Source: Candidatus Gottesmanbacteria bacterium (GTDB lineage: Bacteria; Patescibacteriota; Microgenomatia; UBA10105; UBA927). From it: a stretch of DNA of 64,000 nt. Under the pieces are notes generated by a model. The model did not search any database and was not told the origin of the DNA. It was given only the letters and a program-made list of their open reading frames with translations. The stretch covers positions 795,505-859,504 of the forward strand of contig JAHFKK010000001.1 of NCBI GenBank assembly GCA_023245335.1, in the 5' to 3' direction. The stretch's first letter is position 1; each line of letters opens with the position of its first letter. The translations under genes and the position numbers were made by a program. Below, one piece after another: positions 46,664 to 54,722 of this stretch.

Positions 46664-46734
46664 GCGGGTGTAGCTCAATGGTAGAGCGCCAGTTTTCCAA
46701 ACTGGTGACGAGGGTTCGATTCCCTTCATCCGCT
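46664..46734 (+). tRNA. tRNA-Gly (anticodon TCC)
   Basis: Acceptor GCGGGTG/CATCCGC plus T and CCA, anticodon stem CCAGT/ACTGG, loop TTTCCAA; TATAAT 10 nt upstream. Confidence 0.8.
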
Positions 46735-46738
46735 CCAA

Positions 46739-46811
46739 GCCCCAGTAGCTCAATGGATAGAGCAGATCGGTTCTAACGATAAGGTTGGGGGTTCGAATCC
46801 CTCCTGGGGCG
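46739..46811 (+). tRNA. tRNA-Arg (anticodon TCT)
   Basis: Acceptor GCCCCAG/CTGGGGC plus G and CCA, anticodon stem (G)ATCG/CGAT(A), loop GTTCTAA, T-arm GGGGG-TTCGAAT-CCCTC; begins 2 nt after tRNA-Gly's CCA. Confidence 0.75.
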
Positions 46812-46841
46812 CCAACGAGACGAAAATAATAAGGAATCCTC

Positions 46842-48548
46842 ATGTACGCGATACTTTGTTTCATCATAAGCGTCTTTATCCTTGCCCCGGCGGTCTACGC
46901 AAAATATGATCCTGCGAGCGTTCCGAACAACAAATTCGGCATCCATATCGTGGACGTCAACGATATCGCAGACGCGGCAACACTCGTCAACAGCACCAAC
47001 GGCGATTGGGGGTACATCACACTGGTCATCCAGGAAGACGACCGCAACTTTGACAAATGGCAGCGGGTATTTGATCAAATGAGGCGCCTACACCTCATTC
47101 CGATTGTCCGGCTCGCGACCCACGTACAGGGAACCTCCTGGGTCATTCCGTCGCGCGACAGCGCAGAGGATTGGTCTCGATTCCTCAATTCCCTAAACTG
47201 GCCGACGGAAAACCGCTATGTCATCCTCTTTAATGAACCCAATCACGCCAACGAATGGGGCGGACAACTGGACCCGGAAGGCTATGCCGACATAGTGAGT
47301 CTGTTTACGGATACCTTGCACAAAACGTCAGAAGATTTTTTTGTCATGCCGGGAGGCTTAGATGATTCCGCCTCATCTGATGGCGAAGCACTGGATGCGG
47401 CAACGTACTGGTCACGCATGCTCGCCCATGCATCGACGGTCTTTGATGCTGTCGACGGCTGGAGCTCGCATTCCTATCCGAACCCGGGGTTTTCCGGTTC
47501 TCCCTATGCGACAGGCCGGGGCACACTCTACTCGTATATCTGGGAACGAAATATACTGCGTAATCTCGGATTCGCCAAAACCTTACCGCTTTTCATCACC
47601 GAAACAGGATGGGTGCATTCGCAAGGAGAAGTATTTAACCCGGGATTGCTCACCACGGACCAGGTGGGAAACAACTTGAAAATTGCAGCCCAAAACGTAT
47701 GGAGCGATCCGTCGATTCTCGCAGTTACGCCGTTTGTCCTCAACTATCAGGCGTACCCTTTTGATCATTTTTCCTGGCGTGTTTTGGGATCAAATGACTA
47801 TTACTCACAATACGGCGCATACCAGAGTATCGCAAAAACTAGCGGCACCCCCAAGCAGCGGGAACGCTTTACCTTTGCTACCCGCATTTTACCCTCTACT
47901 CTCGTCGCCGGGTCTACCTACACCGTATCAGAAACGCTAAAAAACGAAGGACAAAGCATTCTCTCAGATCAGGAAGGATATTCGCTCACGCTGAAAACAG
48001 ACGGTAAATTTGCTATGGTGAGCGACCCCTTACCTATACTGGAACCCAAACAATCCGGCACGGTGACTATACACATAGAAACTCCAGGCACACCATCCTT
48101 GTTTACCTATGCGCTTGAACTCACCCATTTGGGGCAGGCAACGACGATCGAATCGGGGACGATCCGGCTCGTCCCACCGCCTTCGGTCAGCGTGTCTGTC
48201 CAGCTGGGCTGGAGATCGGTCAATACCGCCTCAGACGCAACCATTCTTATCTACGATGACAAAACGCTTCTTCACAAAGTAAACGGCGTGAACCTCAAGG
48301 AGGGGCAAGCCACAATAGAAGGGCTCCGGAACATCGTACCTGATAAACCGTACCGTGTCGTGGTCCTTGTACCGTATTATCTGCCCCGCCAGGCGATCAG
48401 CAAATTATCCGCGAGGAATACCAAAGTCGCACTTTCCCGCATGTATCCTTTGGATTTTAACCTGGACGGGAAACTATCACTCGCTGACCTTCTTGCGGCC
48501 CTTCAGTTAAAGCCCAACTTTATCGCATCGCTTTTCGTCGGACCCTAG
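46842..48548 (+). CDS. secreted clan GH-A / family-5-like glycoside hydrolase with C-terminal dockerin-like segment
   Basis: Signal peptide; catalytic acid/base in ILFNEPNHANEWGG (NEP) and nucleophile in LFITETGWV (TE.G). C-terminal LDFNLDGKLSLADLLAAL resembles a dockerin Ca-binding repeat. Confidence 0.55.
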   Translation: MYAILCFIISVFILAPAVYAKYDPASVPNNKFGIHIVDVNDIADAATLVNSTNGDWGYITLVIQEDDRNFDKWQRVFDQMRRLHLIPIVRLATHVQGTSWVIPSRDSAEDWSRFLNSLNWPTENRYVILFNEPNHANEWGGQLDPEGYADIVSLFTDTLHKTSEDFFVMPGGLDDSASSDGEALDAATYWSRMLAHASTVFDAVDGWSSHSYPNPGFSGSPYATGRGTLYSYIWERNILRNLGFAKTLPLFITETGWVHSQGEVFNPGLLTTDQVGNNLKIAAQNVWSDPSILAVTPFVLNYQAYPFDHFSWRVLGSNDYYSQYGAYQSIAKTSGTPKQRERFTFATRILPSTLVAGSTYTVSETLKNEGQSILSDQEGYSLTLKTDGKFAMVSDPLPILEPKQSGTVTIHIETPGTPSLFTYALELTHLGQATTIESGTIRLVPPPSVSVSVQLGWRSVNTASDATILIYDDKTLLHKVNGVNLKEGQATIEGLRNIVPDKPYRVVVLVPYYLPRQAISKLSARNTKVALSRMYPLDFNLDGKLSLADLLAALQLKPNFIASLFVGP

Positions 48549-48648
48549 CCTCAAATTCTGCAAACCCGCACCAAATAAGGTACAATAATGATGGGTGAAT
48601 CGTGAGGAAAGCGCGCCGGATAAGCCAGAGGGCCTAGACCTAATTGGG

Positions 48649-48745
48649 TATAATTCGTCGTGAGCGTGCCTTCAAGGGTGAATAGCTCACGACACCTTGG
48701 TAGAAAGGATCGTTGGGAAGGAAACGTAGTTTCCGTCCCAAGAAT
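48649..48745 (+). ncRNA. conserved two-hairpin tRNA leader element, copy A (upstream of tRNA-His)
   Basis: Starts at TATAAT; hairpin CGTCGTGAGC-(loop gtgccttcaagggtgaata)-GCTCACGAC, then core GGTAGAAAGGATCGTTGGGAAGGAAACGTAGTTTCCGTCCCAAGA with a second near-palindrome GGGAAGGAAAC/GTTTCCGTCCC; ends 1 nt before the tRNA-His G-1. Confidence 0.55.
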
Positions 48746-48821
48746 GGTGGCTGTAGCTCAGCCTGGTTAGAGCGTCTGCCTGTGGAGCAGAATGTCGGCG
48801 GTTCGAATCCGCTCAGCCACC
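48746..48821 (+). tRNA. tRNA-His (anticodon GTG) with encoded G-1
   Basis: G-1 opposite C73, acceptor GTGGCTG/CAGCCAC, anticodon stem TCTGC/GCAGA, loop CTGTGGA, T-arm GGCGG-TTCGAAT-CCGCT. Confidence 0.85.
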
Positions 48822-48860
48822 CATAATAGCGTTGAAATTATTTTATACATAGAGGAGTCC

Positions 48861-50504
48861 ATGACAGACGTAATTCATCACGAAGAAGAGACGGAAGAAC
48901 CGAAACAGTCCAAAGATCAGCAACTGACGACATCTATGCCGACGCTTGCCCCGATTGTCACCGATCTTATTACGACCTATGGTGAAGGAACCGTCATAGG
49001 AAAGACTGGCGTCGGGTATAACGTCAGCCGTGCGGTTTCTGCATTCGCAGTCTTATTTGAAAAAGTCCGCAATGCGGTCGAATTCCGCGCAGAACACCTC
49101 ATCCGCAGAGCCGCCATTGAACGCATCCTCAAACGGCGTGTGCTTTTAAACGGTGCTGCCGGATCCATCGCAGAAAATCTCATTACCGAGCTTCTTTGGG
49201 CCAAATATATAGATAGTTCTTTCGTCGATGAAGCAAAAATCTCGGAGATCACCCTCATTATCGACAAATATCTTGTCATCAAACAGGCCATCTCCGCAGG
49301 GCACGCCGATATTCCCTGGGATTATGTTCTGGGCGTGGCATCTTCAGAAATCGACGAAGCGATCATTCCGGCCAAAAAACGACAAGCGCTTCTGTACTTC
49401 TTTTACCAGGCCAACCGATCGAAAATATCCCTCGTCGGCGTCGACGAACAACAAACAAACCTTATAACTCTCGTCGCTTGCGAACGAGCATATATGCAAT
49501 CGGATGACGCGCTCATTGCGTTTCACATGACCATGCTTCTGTTGCCGGAATGGTCCAACAATGCCAAGGAAATTGCCGCTCCCTCCGTCTCGCAATTCCT
49601 CCAAACCGCCCATACTATCCGGGCGGCCCTCACGCATCCATTAACAAGCGCCGTATTCCGGTATTTGCGCCGACAGGTGCCGCCGTTTCTCTTGCTTCGG
49701 GACTTCTTCGCGGATGCGGGTCCGGAAGTAAAGAATTATATAGAAGACCCGAAAAAATTTGATGAAAAGCTTACGGAAATAGCGATCCGCCGGTATAACG
49801 AAACCGGACAAAAAGTACGACGGGCCATGGTCCGCAGTTTCATCTATATCTTCCTCACAAAAATGGTTTTCGCATTCGCGCTCGAAGCGCCGTATGACAT
49901 GTACATCATGAAAAAGCTTGCGGTGATCCCACTTGTCGTCAATACGCTTTTCCCGCCCGTCATGCTTTTTCTTGTCGCGGGGCTCTTCAGCGTACCGGGT
50001 GCAGACAACACGCGACGGCTCATCGATCGGATTCATAAACTTATCTACCACTTTGACCAAATCAAGGACGAAAAAGACAACTTTAGCGAAAAACAAAAAG
50101 ACCGCAGGCCGGTTCTCTCTGCCGGGTTTTCGTTTATGTATCTTGCGACATTCGCTATCACGTTCGGTCTTATCAATATCGTGCTCTCCGCACTGCAGTT
50201 TAGTATCCCCAGCAAAATTATTTTCGTCTTCTTCGTCGCCTTGGTATCATTTTTTGCTTACCGGATCCGGCATTCTGCCAAAGAATACGAAATGATCGAC
50301 CGGCAGGGAATCCTCGAGCCCCTCATGGACTTTTTCCTCCTACCCGTCCTGCAGGCCGGACAATTGCTGTCTCAGGGGATAGCCAAACTCAACATATTTA
50401 TCTTTGTCTTTGACTTCATACTAGAAGCGCCGCTCAAAACTATATTTGAGGTTGTCGAAGAATGGATCCGCTTTATCCGCGTCAAGAAGGACGAGATCGT
50501 CTAG
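48861..50504 (+). CDS. hypothetical membrane protein (acidic N-terminus, C-terminal multi-TM region)
   Basis: 547-aa ORF starting at the ATG at 48861 with AGAGGAG RBS (the listed ORF start at 48792 lies inside tRNA-His). Several hydrophobic helices in the last 200 aa; no recognisable domain. Confidence 0.4.
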   Translation: MTDVIHHEEETEEPKQSKDQQLTTSMPTLAPIVTDLITTYGEGTVIGKTGVGYNVSRAVSAFAVLFEKVRNAVEFRAEHLIRRAAIERILKRRVLLNGAAGSIAENLITELLWAKYIDSSFVDEAKISEITLIIDKYLVIKQAISAGHADIPWDYVLGVASSEIDEAIIPAKKRQALLYFFYQANRSKISLVGVDEQQTNLITLVACERAYMQSDDALIAFHMTMLLLPEWSNNAKEIAAPSVSQFLQTAHTIRAALTHPLTSAVFRYLRRQVPPFLLLRDFFADAGPEVKNYIEDPKKFDEKLTEIAIRRYNETGQKVRRAMVRSFIYIFLTKMVFAFALEAPYDMYIMKKLAVIPLVVNTLFPPVMLFLVAGLFSVPGADNTRRLIDRIHKLIYHFDQIKDEKDNFSEKQKDRRPVLSAGFSFMYLATFAITFGLINIVLSALQFSIPSKIIFVFFVALVSFFAYRIRHSAKEYEMIDRQGILEPLMDFFLLPVLQAGQLLSQGIAKLNIFIFVFDFILEAPLKTIFEVVEEWIRFIRVKKDEIV

Positions 50505-50547
50505 ACACCCCCATTTAGCCCTAAAGATGATATAATTTACTGAGTTT

Positions 50548-50621
50548 GCGCCTGTAGCTCAGCGGATTAGAGCATCTGTCTTCGGAACAGAGGGTCGGGG
50601 GTTCAATTCCCTCCAGGCGCG
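50548..50621 (+). tRNA. tRNA-Arg (anticodon TCG)
   Basis: Acceptor GCGCCTG/CAGGCGC plus G, anticodon stem TCTGT/ACAGA, loop CTTCGGA, T-arm GGGGG-TTCAATT-CCCTC; TATAAT 11 nt upstream. Confidence 0.8.
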
Positions 50622-50679
50622 CACAAAATGGTAATCGAGAAGACACATAGGAAGAACCAGATTACATCTATTTGTAGAA

Positions 50680-50777
50680 TATAATTCGTCGTGAGCGTGA
50701 CTATTCGGGTGAATAGCTCACGACACATTGGTAGAAAGGATCGTTGGGAAGGAAACGTAGTTTCCGTCCCAAGAACA
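50680..50777 (+). ncRNA. conserved two-hairpin tRNA leader element, copy B (upstream of tRNA-Lys)
   Basis: Near-identical to copy A from the TATAAT onward, except the hairpin-1 loop centre (actattcgg vs ccttcaagg) and one other base; the invariant core abuts the tRNA-Lys 5' end. Confidence 0.55.
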
Positions 50778-50850
50778 GGGCGCATAGCTCAATTGGCAGA
50801 GCAACTCCCTCTTAAGGAGTCGGTTGGAGGTTCGATTCCTCCTGCGCTCA
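50778..50850 (+). tRNA. tRNA-Lys (anticodon CTT)
   Basis: Acceptor GGGCGCA/TGCGCTC plus A, anticodon stem ACTCC/GGAGT, loop CTCTTAA, T-arm GGAGG-TTCGATT-CCTCC. Confidence 0.8.
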
Positions 50851-50858
50851 CAAACAAT

Positions 50859-51593
50859 ATGTCTGCTTTTAACCTCAACGAACATTTAGTGAAGGACCAT
50901 AAACGCACGCCGTTCTCGAAATACCTCAGAGAAATTACCTACGGAGGAAACGACGGGATCGTGACCACGTTTGCTGTGGTCGCTGGATTTGCCGGGGCCG
51001 CTGCAGACCCAGCTTCCTCTACCATCCCTATCATCACCGTACTTCTTTTCGGTTTAGCAAATCTGCTTGCTGATGGTTTATCCATGAGCCTGGGAAGTTT
51101 TCTGTCGCTACGGGCAGACCAGGACATGTACAAAAAAGAACGGCAGAAAGAGATCCAAGAAATTGCTGAAACACCTGATCATGAAGTAGAGGAAACGATC
51201 GAGATTCTGAGACAGAAAGGCTTTTCGCTCCCGGATGCGAAAGTGATTACCCGTATGTACCAAAAAAATCACCCGTACTGGATTGAATTCATGATGAAAG
51301 ACGAATTGGAGATGTCGAACCCCGAACAGGAACATCCGACATATGTTGCTCTTTCTACCTTCCTTTCTTTCGTATCTTTCGGCTCTATACCGCTTATTCC
51401 GTACTTTCTCCATCTGCCCGGTAACAGTTTTCCGTACTCCGTGATGGCAACCATTGTAGCGCTCAGTTTACTGGGAATACTCCGCGGTTCTGTCTCCCAT
51501 GAAAAGCCATACCAGGCAGTGTTTGAGACCATATGCGTTGGTGGAATCGCAGCAGCGTCCGCCTACATAGTCGGATCATTCTTCCGAATCTGA
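50859..51593 (+). CDS. VIT1/CCC1 family iron/manganese transporter
   Basis: EITYGGNDGIVTTFAVVAGFAGA N-terminal signature (GxNDGxxTxxxxVxG), central cytoplasmic acidic helical region, C-terminal TM helices. Start at the ATG at 50859, since the listed ORF start overlaps tRNA-Lys. Confidence 0.75.
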   Translation: MSAFNLNEHLVKDHKRTPFSKYLREITYGGNDGIVTTFAVVAGFAGAAADPASSTIPIITVLLFGLANLLADGLSMSLGSFLSLRADQDMYKKERQKEIQEIAETPDHEVEETIEILRQKGFSLPDAKVITRMYQKNHPYWIEFMMKDELEMSNPEQEHPTYVALSTFLSFVSFGSIPLIPYFLHLPGNSFPYSVMATIVALSLLGILRGSVSHEKPYQAVFETICVGGIAAASAYIVGSFFRI

Positions 51594-51649
51594 CGCTCTA
51601 CGCACCAAACTGCGTTGACAGCTCTCCTCCGACATGGCAGTATCTATAT

Positions 51650-52240
51650 ATGGTACGAAACGTGCTTATAGCACTGTGTTGGTTTCCGTTGACGATCGGA
51701 CTCTTGGTGGTCAATTTATTCCTCCTCGTTTCCCTTACCCAAAAAGCTCATCTCGCATCACTTGAAACCTCGCCGCTTGTTAAAATCAATACGTCTTCCT
51801 ACGGCACGGAGCAGGTCTTAGGCGCCAGTGTGACGGCGGGGGACGCACGATCACTGCTTCTCTCCAAATTTTTGCGCGATAATCAATCACCACTTCTAGA
51901 CTATGCGGACTATATCTTAGACCGGGCGGATCATTATGTTATCGACTTTCGTCTGGTGCCGGCGATTGCGATGTGCGAAAGTAATGTCGGCAAACATATA
52001 CCGTCACATGACTCCTTTAACGCTTGGGGCATAAATGTCGCGACCGGTACGATGAATGGGGCCAAATTCCCAAATTGGTTATACGCGATAGACTGGGTCT
52101 CACGCTATATCAAAGAAAAGTATTATGACCGGGGACTCACATCATTGGTCGATATCGGGGCAATATGGGCACCCCCCTCGGTCGAAAATGGTAATTCCTG
52201 GGCAAACTGCGTCAGTTACTTTATGAGTCAAATAAAGTAA
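51650..52240 (+). CDS. membrane-anchored putative peptidoglycan hydrolase (glucosaminidase/lysozyme-like), paralog 1
   Basis: N-terminal TM; VPAIAMCESNVGKH...SFNAWGINVATG resembles the glucosaminidase/SLT-like xESGxG catalytic region; paralogous to 52603..53151. Confidence 0.4.
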   Translation: MVRNVLIALCWFPLTIGLLVVNLFLLVSLTQKAHLASLETSPLVKINTSSYGTEQVLGASVTAGDARSLLLSKFLRDNQSPLLDYADYILDRADHYVIDFRLVPAIAMCESNVGKHIPSHDSFNAWGINVATGTMNGAKFPNWLYAIDWVSRYIKEKYYDRGLTSLVDIGAIWAPPSVENGNSWANCVSYFMSQIK

Positions 52241-52317
52241 CGCCCCATAGTCTTCGATTTATTTAAGAAAAAGACTATCTTATCAATATTTCTCATTCGA
52301 TCATATTACCCCATAAG

Positions 52318-52346
52318 ACTTGACAAGTACTATATTATAGGCTATA
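52318..52346 (+). promoter_or_regulatory. sigma70-like promoter (TTGACA-17nt-TATACT) with a 250-nt leader
   Basis: cTTGACAagtactatattataggcTATACTtc; followed by about 250 nt of structured-looking untranslated sequence before the 52603 ATG. Confidence 0.45.
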
Positions 52347-52602
52347 CTTCTCACTTAGATCCTAAGGTTAGTTATCTAATACATAGCTTGCTTTAGGGTT
52401 TTTAATGGATACCCAAGCTCGAAGCTGATCTTGAGTATCGATTAAAAGACGCTTCATTCGAGGCTAAATAGCCTCAAGATTCCCCAGGTCGTCCGCTACT
52501 TAAGATGTCTCTTACCCCACCTTGAATCCCGATAGGATCGGGACTCGATGTGAGGCAGGACTAAGCCCTAAACGTTACCCGGCGAAACGGGAATAGACAC
52601 AT

Positions 52603-53151
52603 ATGAAAAACATACTTGCCGCCCTTACGATCGTGAGCATTTTAGCGCTGTTGCGTCAACCTGTGTATGCAATAGAGCTTTCCATGTCTGATCCCTCCGC
52701 GAAAGCTAATGGTACCGTCGTGGAGACGGATCCACGACCCATGCGCCTCAAAGCCTATTTGACCGCTAAAGGCTCTCCCATGGCCCAGGATGCTGATTTC
52801 TTTGTGAACGAAGCTGATCGTCTGAACGTCGATTGGAAATTGGTCGCAGCCATCGCCGGCGTAGAATCAGGTTTCGGGCAGCATATCCCCACCGGTTCGT
52901 TCAACGCCTGGGGTTGGGGAGTGTTTACCGGGACCAATGACGGCGTCCATTTCGCGTCGTGGAAAGACGGTATCACCCAAGTATCCGAAGGACTTCGCAC
53001 GAAGTATCTCGATAAAGGTGCCCACACCGTTGATGAAATCGGCAGTATATATGCCGCTTCTCCTGTCTGGAGTTATAAAGTCAAATGGATGATCTCTGAC
53101 ATAGATGGGTATCATCCTCACTCTTCCGACTTACTAGCCGTTACCATCTAA
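52603..53151 (+). CDS. secreted putative peptidoglycan hydrolase (glucosaminidase/lysozyme-like), paralog 2
   Basis: Signal peptide; VAAIAGVESGFGQHIPTGSFNAWGWGVFTG aligns with paralog 1 (AIAMCESNVGKHIPSHDSFNAWGINVATG). Confidence 0.45.
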   Translation: MKNILAALTIVSILALLRQPVYAIELSMSDPSAKANGTVVETDPRPMRLKAYLTAKGSPMAQDADFFVNEADRLNVDWKLVAAIAGVESGFGQHIPTGSFNAWGWGVFTGTNDGVHFASWKDGITQVSEGLRTKYLDKGAHTVDEIGSIYAASPVWSYKVKWMISDIDGYHPHSSDLLAVTI

Positions 53152-53160
53152 CATACTCTC

Positions 53161-53185
53161 GAGAGGAAACCTTGGTTTCCTCTCG
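53161..53185 (+). terminator. possible terminator hairpin
   Basis: Perfect 11-bp stem GAGAGGAAACC/GGTTTCCTCTC immediately after the stop codon; no T tract, so efficiency is uncertain. Confidence 0.35.
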
Positions 53186-53267
53186 ACGCGCACTGAGCAT
53201 AGCTCAGTAAAAACAGCGCTGCTCTCTTTCCTTTAGCATAGCATTTCACATATAATAAGTTCGCTTT

Positions 53268-53350
53268 GCTCCCGTGGCGGAACTGGCATACGCGTACGCT
53301 TTAGGAGCGTATCCCCAAAAGGGTTAGAGGTTCAACTCCTCTCGGGAGCA
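53268..53350 (+). tRNA. tRNA-Leu (anticodon TAG)
   Basis: Acceptor GCTCCCG/CGGGAGC plus A, anticodon stem TACGC/GCGTA, loop TTTAGGA, long variable arm, T-arm AGAGG-TTCAACT-CCTCT; TATAAT 11 nt upstream. Confidence 0.8.
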
Positions 53351-53460
53351 CAAATTGATTTATCCTGAATAGCTGAATAGAGCAATCCGGACACGAGGCA
53401 AACGGGTCTCAGGAACACATACCGTTGACCTACAACTTTCTCTGATGCTAGGATTGATAT

Positions 53461-54255
53461 ATGAGGAAACTCCTGTCCGCAGTACTTCTCCTTCTTGTAA
53501 TGCTGTTAGTGAGCAAGGTGCCGGTCTATGCCTCGTCAGCCCAAGCCTACCAGGATTTCCAATATCAATTTGACCTTTATCGCACGAGCTTGTCTAATTA
53601 CGTGACCGCCCGCAACCAATACAAACAATTCAACACACTCGAGTCTTCGCAGGATACGCTTGATAAAGTAAAAGTCTATATTGCTCAACGCAATCAGGTA
53701 GCCAAAGCATATTTTCTTTTCCTCAATGAAAAAATAAGCGAGGACCCGGGACTCATTTCGACGGATCTGAACTTATACCGCGGCTTGATCACCAATCAAG
53801 TAGGGTTCCTTGACCAAAACACGGCAGCGCCTATCGGATCCCTGGACGATGCGACAAAAACTTCGACCGCATTTATCAAAAATTACTTACCCATGCAGAT
53901 GGGATACCGGCAAATCATTGTCGGACTTGAGCTCGGATATTTGAGCTTTTTCGCGACAAAATTTGATGCAGCAGCGGCAACGGCTCAGAACCTCATTACG
54001 GCCTCCCATGGCTATGCTTCACCCGAGAAACAAGCGACATTGGATCGCTGGCTCATCGCGCTTTCCAATAAACACAGTCTCTACCAAGAGCAGGATAAGG
54101 CGATCCGCAAAGCGATGACGAGCATAAAAGGCGATATTCAGGAACAGGACCGTCAGTTGGCTTCTGTCCAAAAGCTGATTGTCAGTGCCCGTCAGAATCT
54201 GGTCGAAGGAACCTCCTATCTCGGCGAGGTAGAAACGGCTTTACAATATGAATGA
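53461..54255 (+). CDS. secreted hypothetical protein (signal peptide, helical/coiled-coil)
   Basis: N-terminal signal peptide MRKLLSAVLLLLVMLLVSKVPVYA; Q/A-rich helical composition. Confidence 0.45.
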   Translation: MRKLLSAVLLLLVMLLVSKVPVYASSAQAYQDFQYQFDLYRTSLSNYVTARNQYKQFNTLESSQDTLDKVKVYIAQRNQVAKAYFLFLNEKISEDPGLISTDLNLYRGLITNQVGFLDQNTAAPIGSLDDATKTSTAFIKNYLPMQMGYRQIIVGLELGYLSFFATKFDAAAATAQNLITASHGYASPEKQATLDRWLIALSNKHSLYQEQDKAIRKAMTSIKGDIQEQDRQLASVQKLIVSARQNLVEGTSYLGEVETALQYE

Positions 54256-54670
54256 CGCACCACCCACACCTGTCGCACCCGTACCGTCGATCCAAGAAAC
54301 TCCCTTGCCGGCGTCGCTCACGCCCGAAGTTACTCCCACACCGGCCGCACCCGCTCCTATGCCGCCGCAACCGAAAAAGCCGTTACCCAAAAATTTCGTC
54401 ATCGTGGGAGCGGTCGTATTCGTCATCCTCATCGTCGTACTCGTCTACCTGCAAGCGCTTCAAAATAAGCCGGTTGCGCAATTACCGGCTCCCACTCCTG
54501 CGCCACTAGCCACACCCACACCCATGCGCATACTGACCCCCATTGCTACCACCAGCGCATTTATGTCATTTCATGAGTCGGTAGCATCTCTTTCTGCGAC
54601 CATCAACGGATTCTCATTCGTGGACGGCACGCTCACACCACCCGTATTGGATTTGGATCTTGGATTATAG
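54248..54670 (+). CDS. proline-rich single-pass membrane protein
   Basis: Pro/Thr-rich N-terminus, one TM helix (FVIVGAVVFVILIVVLVYL), Pro-rich linker; overlaps the upstream gene by 8 nt. Confidence 0.35.
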   Translation: MNDAPPTPVAPVPSIQETPLPASLTPEVTPTPAAPAPMPPQPKKPLPKNFVIVGAVVFVILIVVLVYLQALQNKPVAQLPAPTPAPLATPTPMRILTPIATTSAFMSFHESVASLSATINGFSFVDGTLTPPVLDLDLGL

Positions 54671-54722
54671 CGGTAATTTCGCCTTTGCAGGAACGCCCGG
54701 GGGTATGATACACTCCTCTCGT

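Noticed and set aside
46547-46867. 106-aa minus-strand ORF
   Set aside because: It lies entirely across tRNA-Gly(TCC) and tRNA-Arg(TCT) on the opposite strand; the tRNA cloverleaves are far better supported than the ORF.
48792-48860. N-terminal extension of the 48792..50504 ORF
   Set aside because: It starts inside tRNA-His; the ATG at 48861 with an AGAGGAG RBS is a far better start.
50691-50858. N-terminal extension of the 50691..51593 ORF
   Set aside because: It spans repeat copy B and tRNA-Lys; the VIT1 protein begins at the ATG at 50859.
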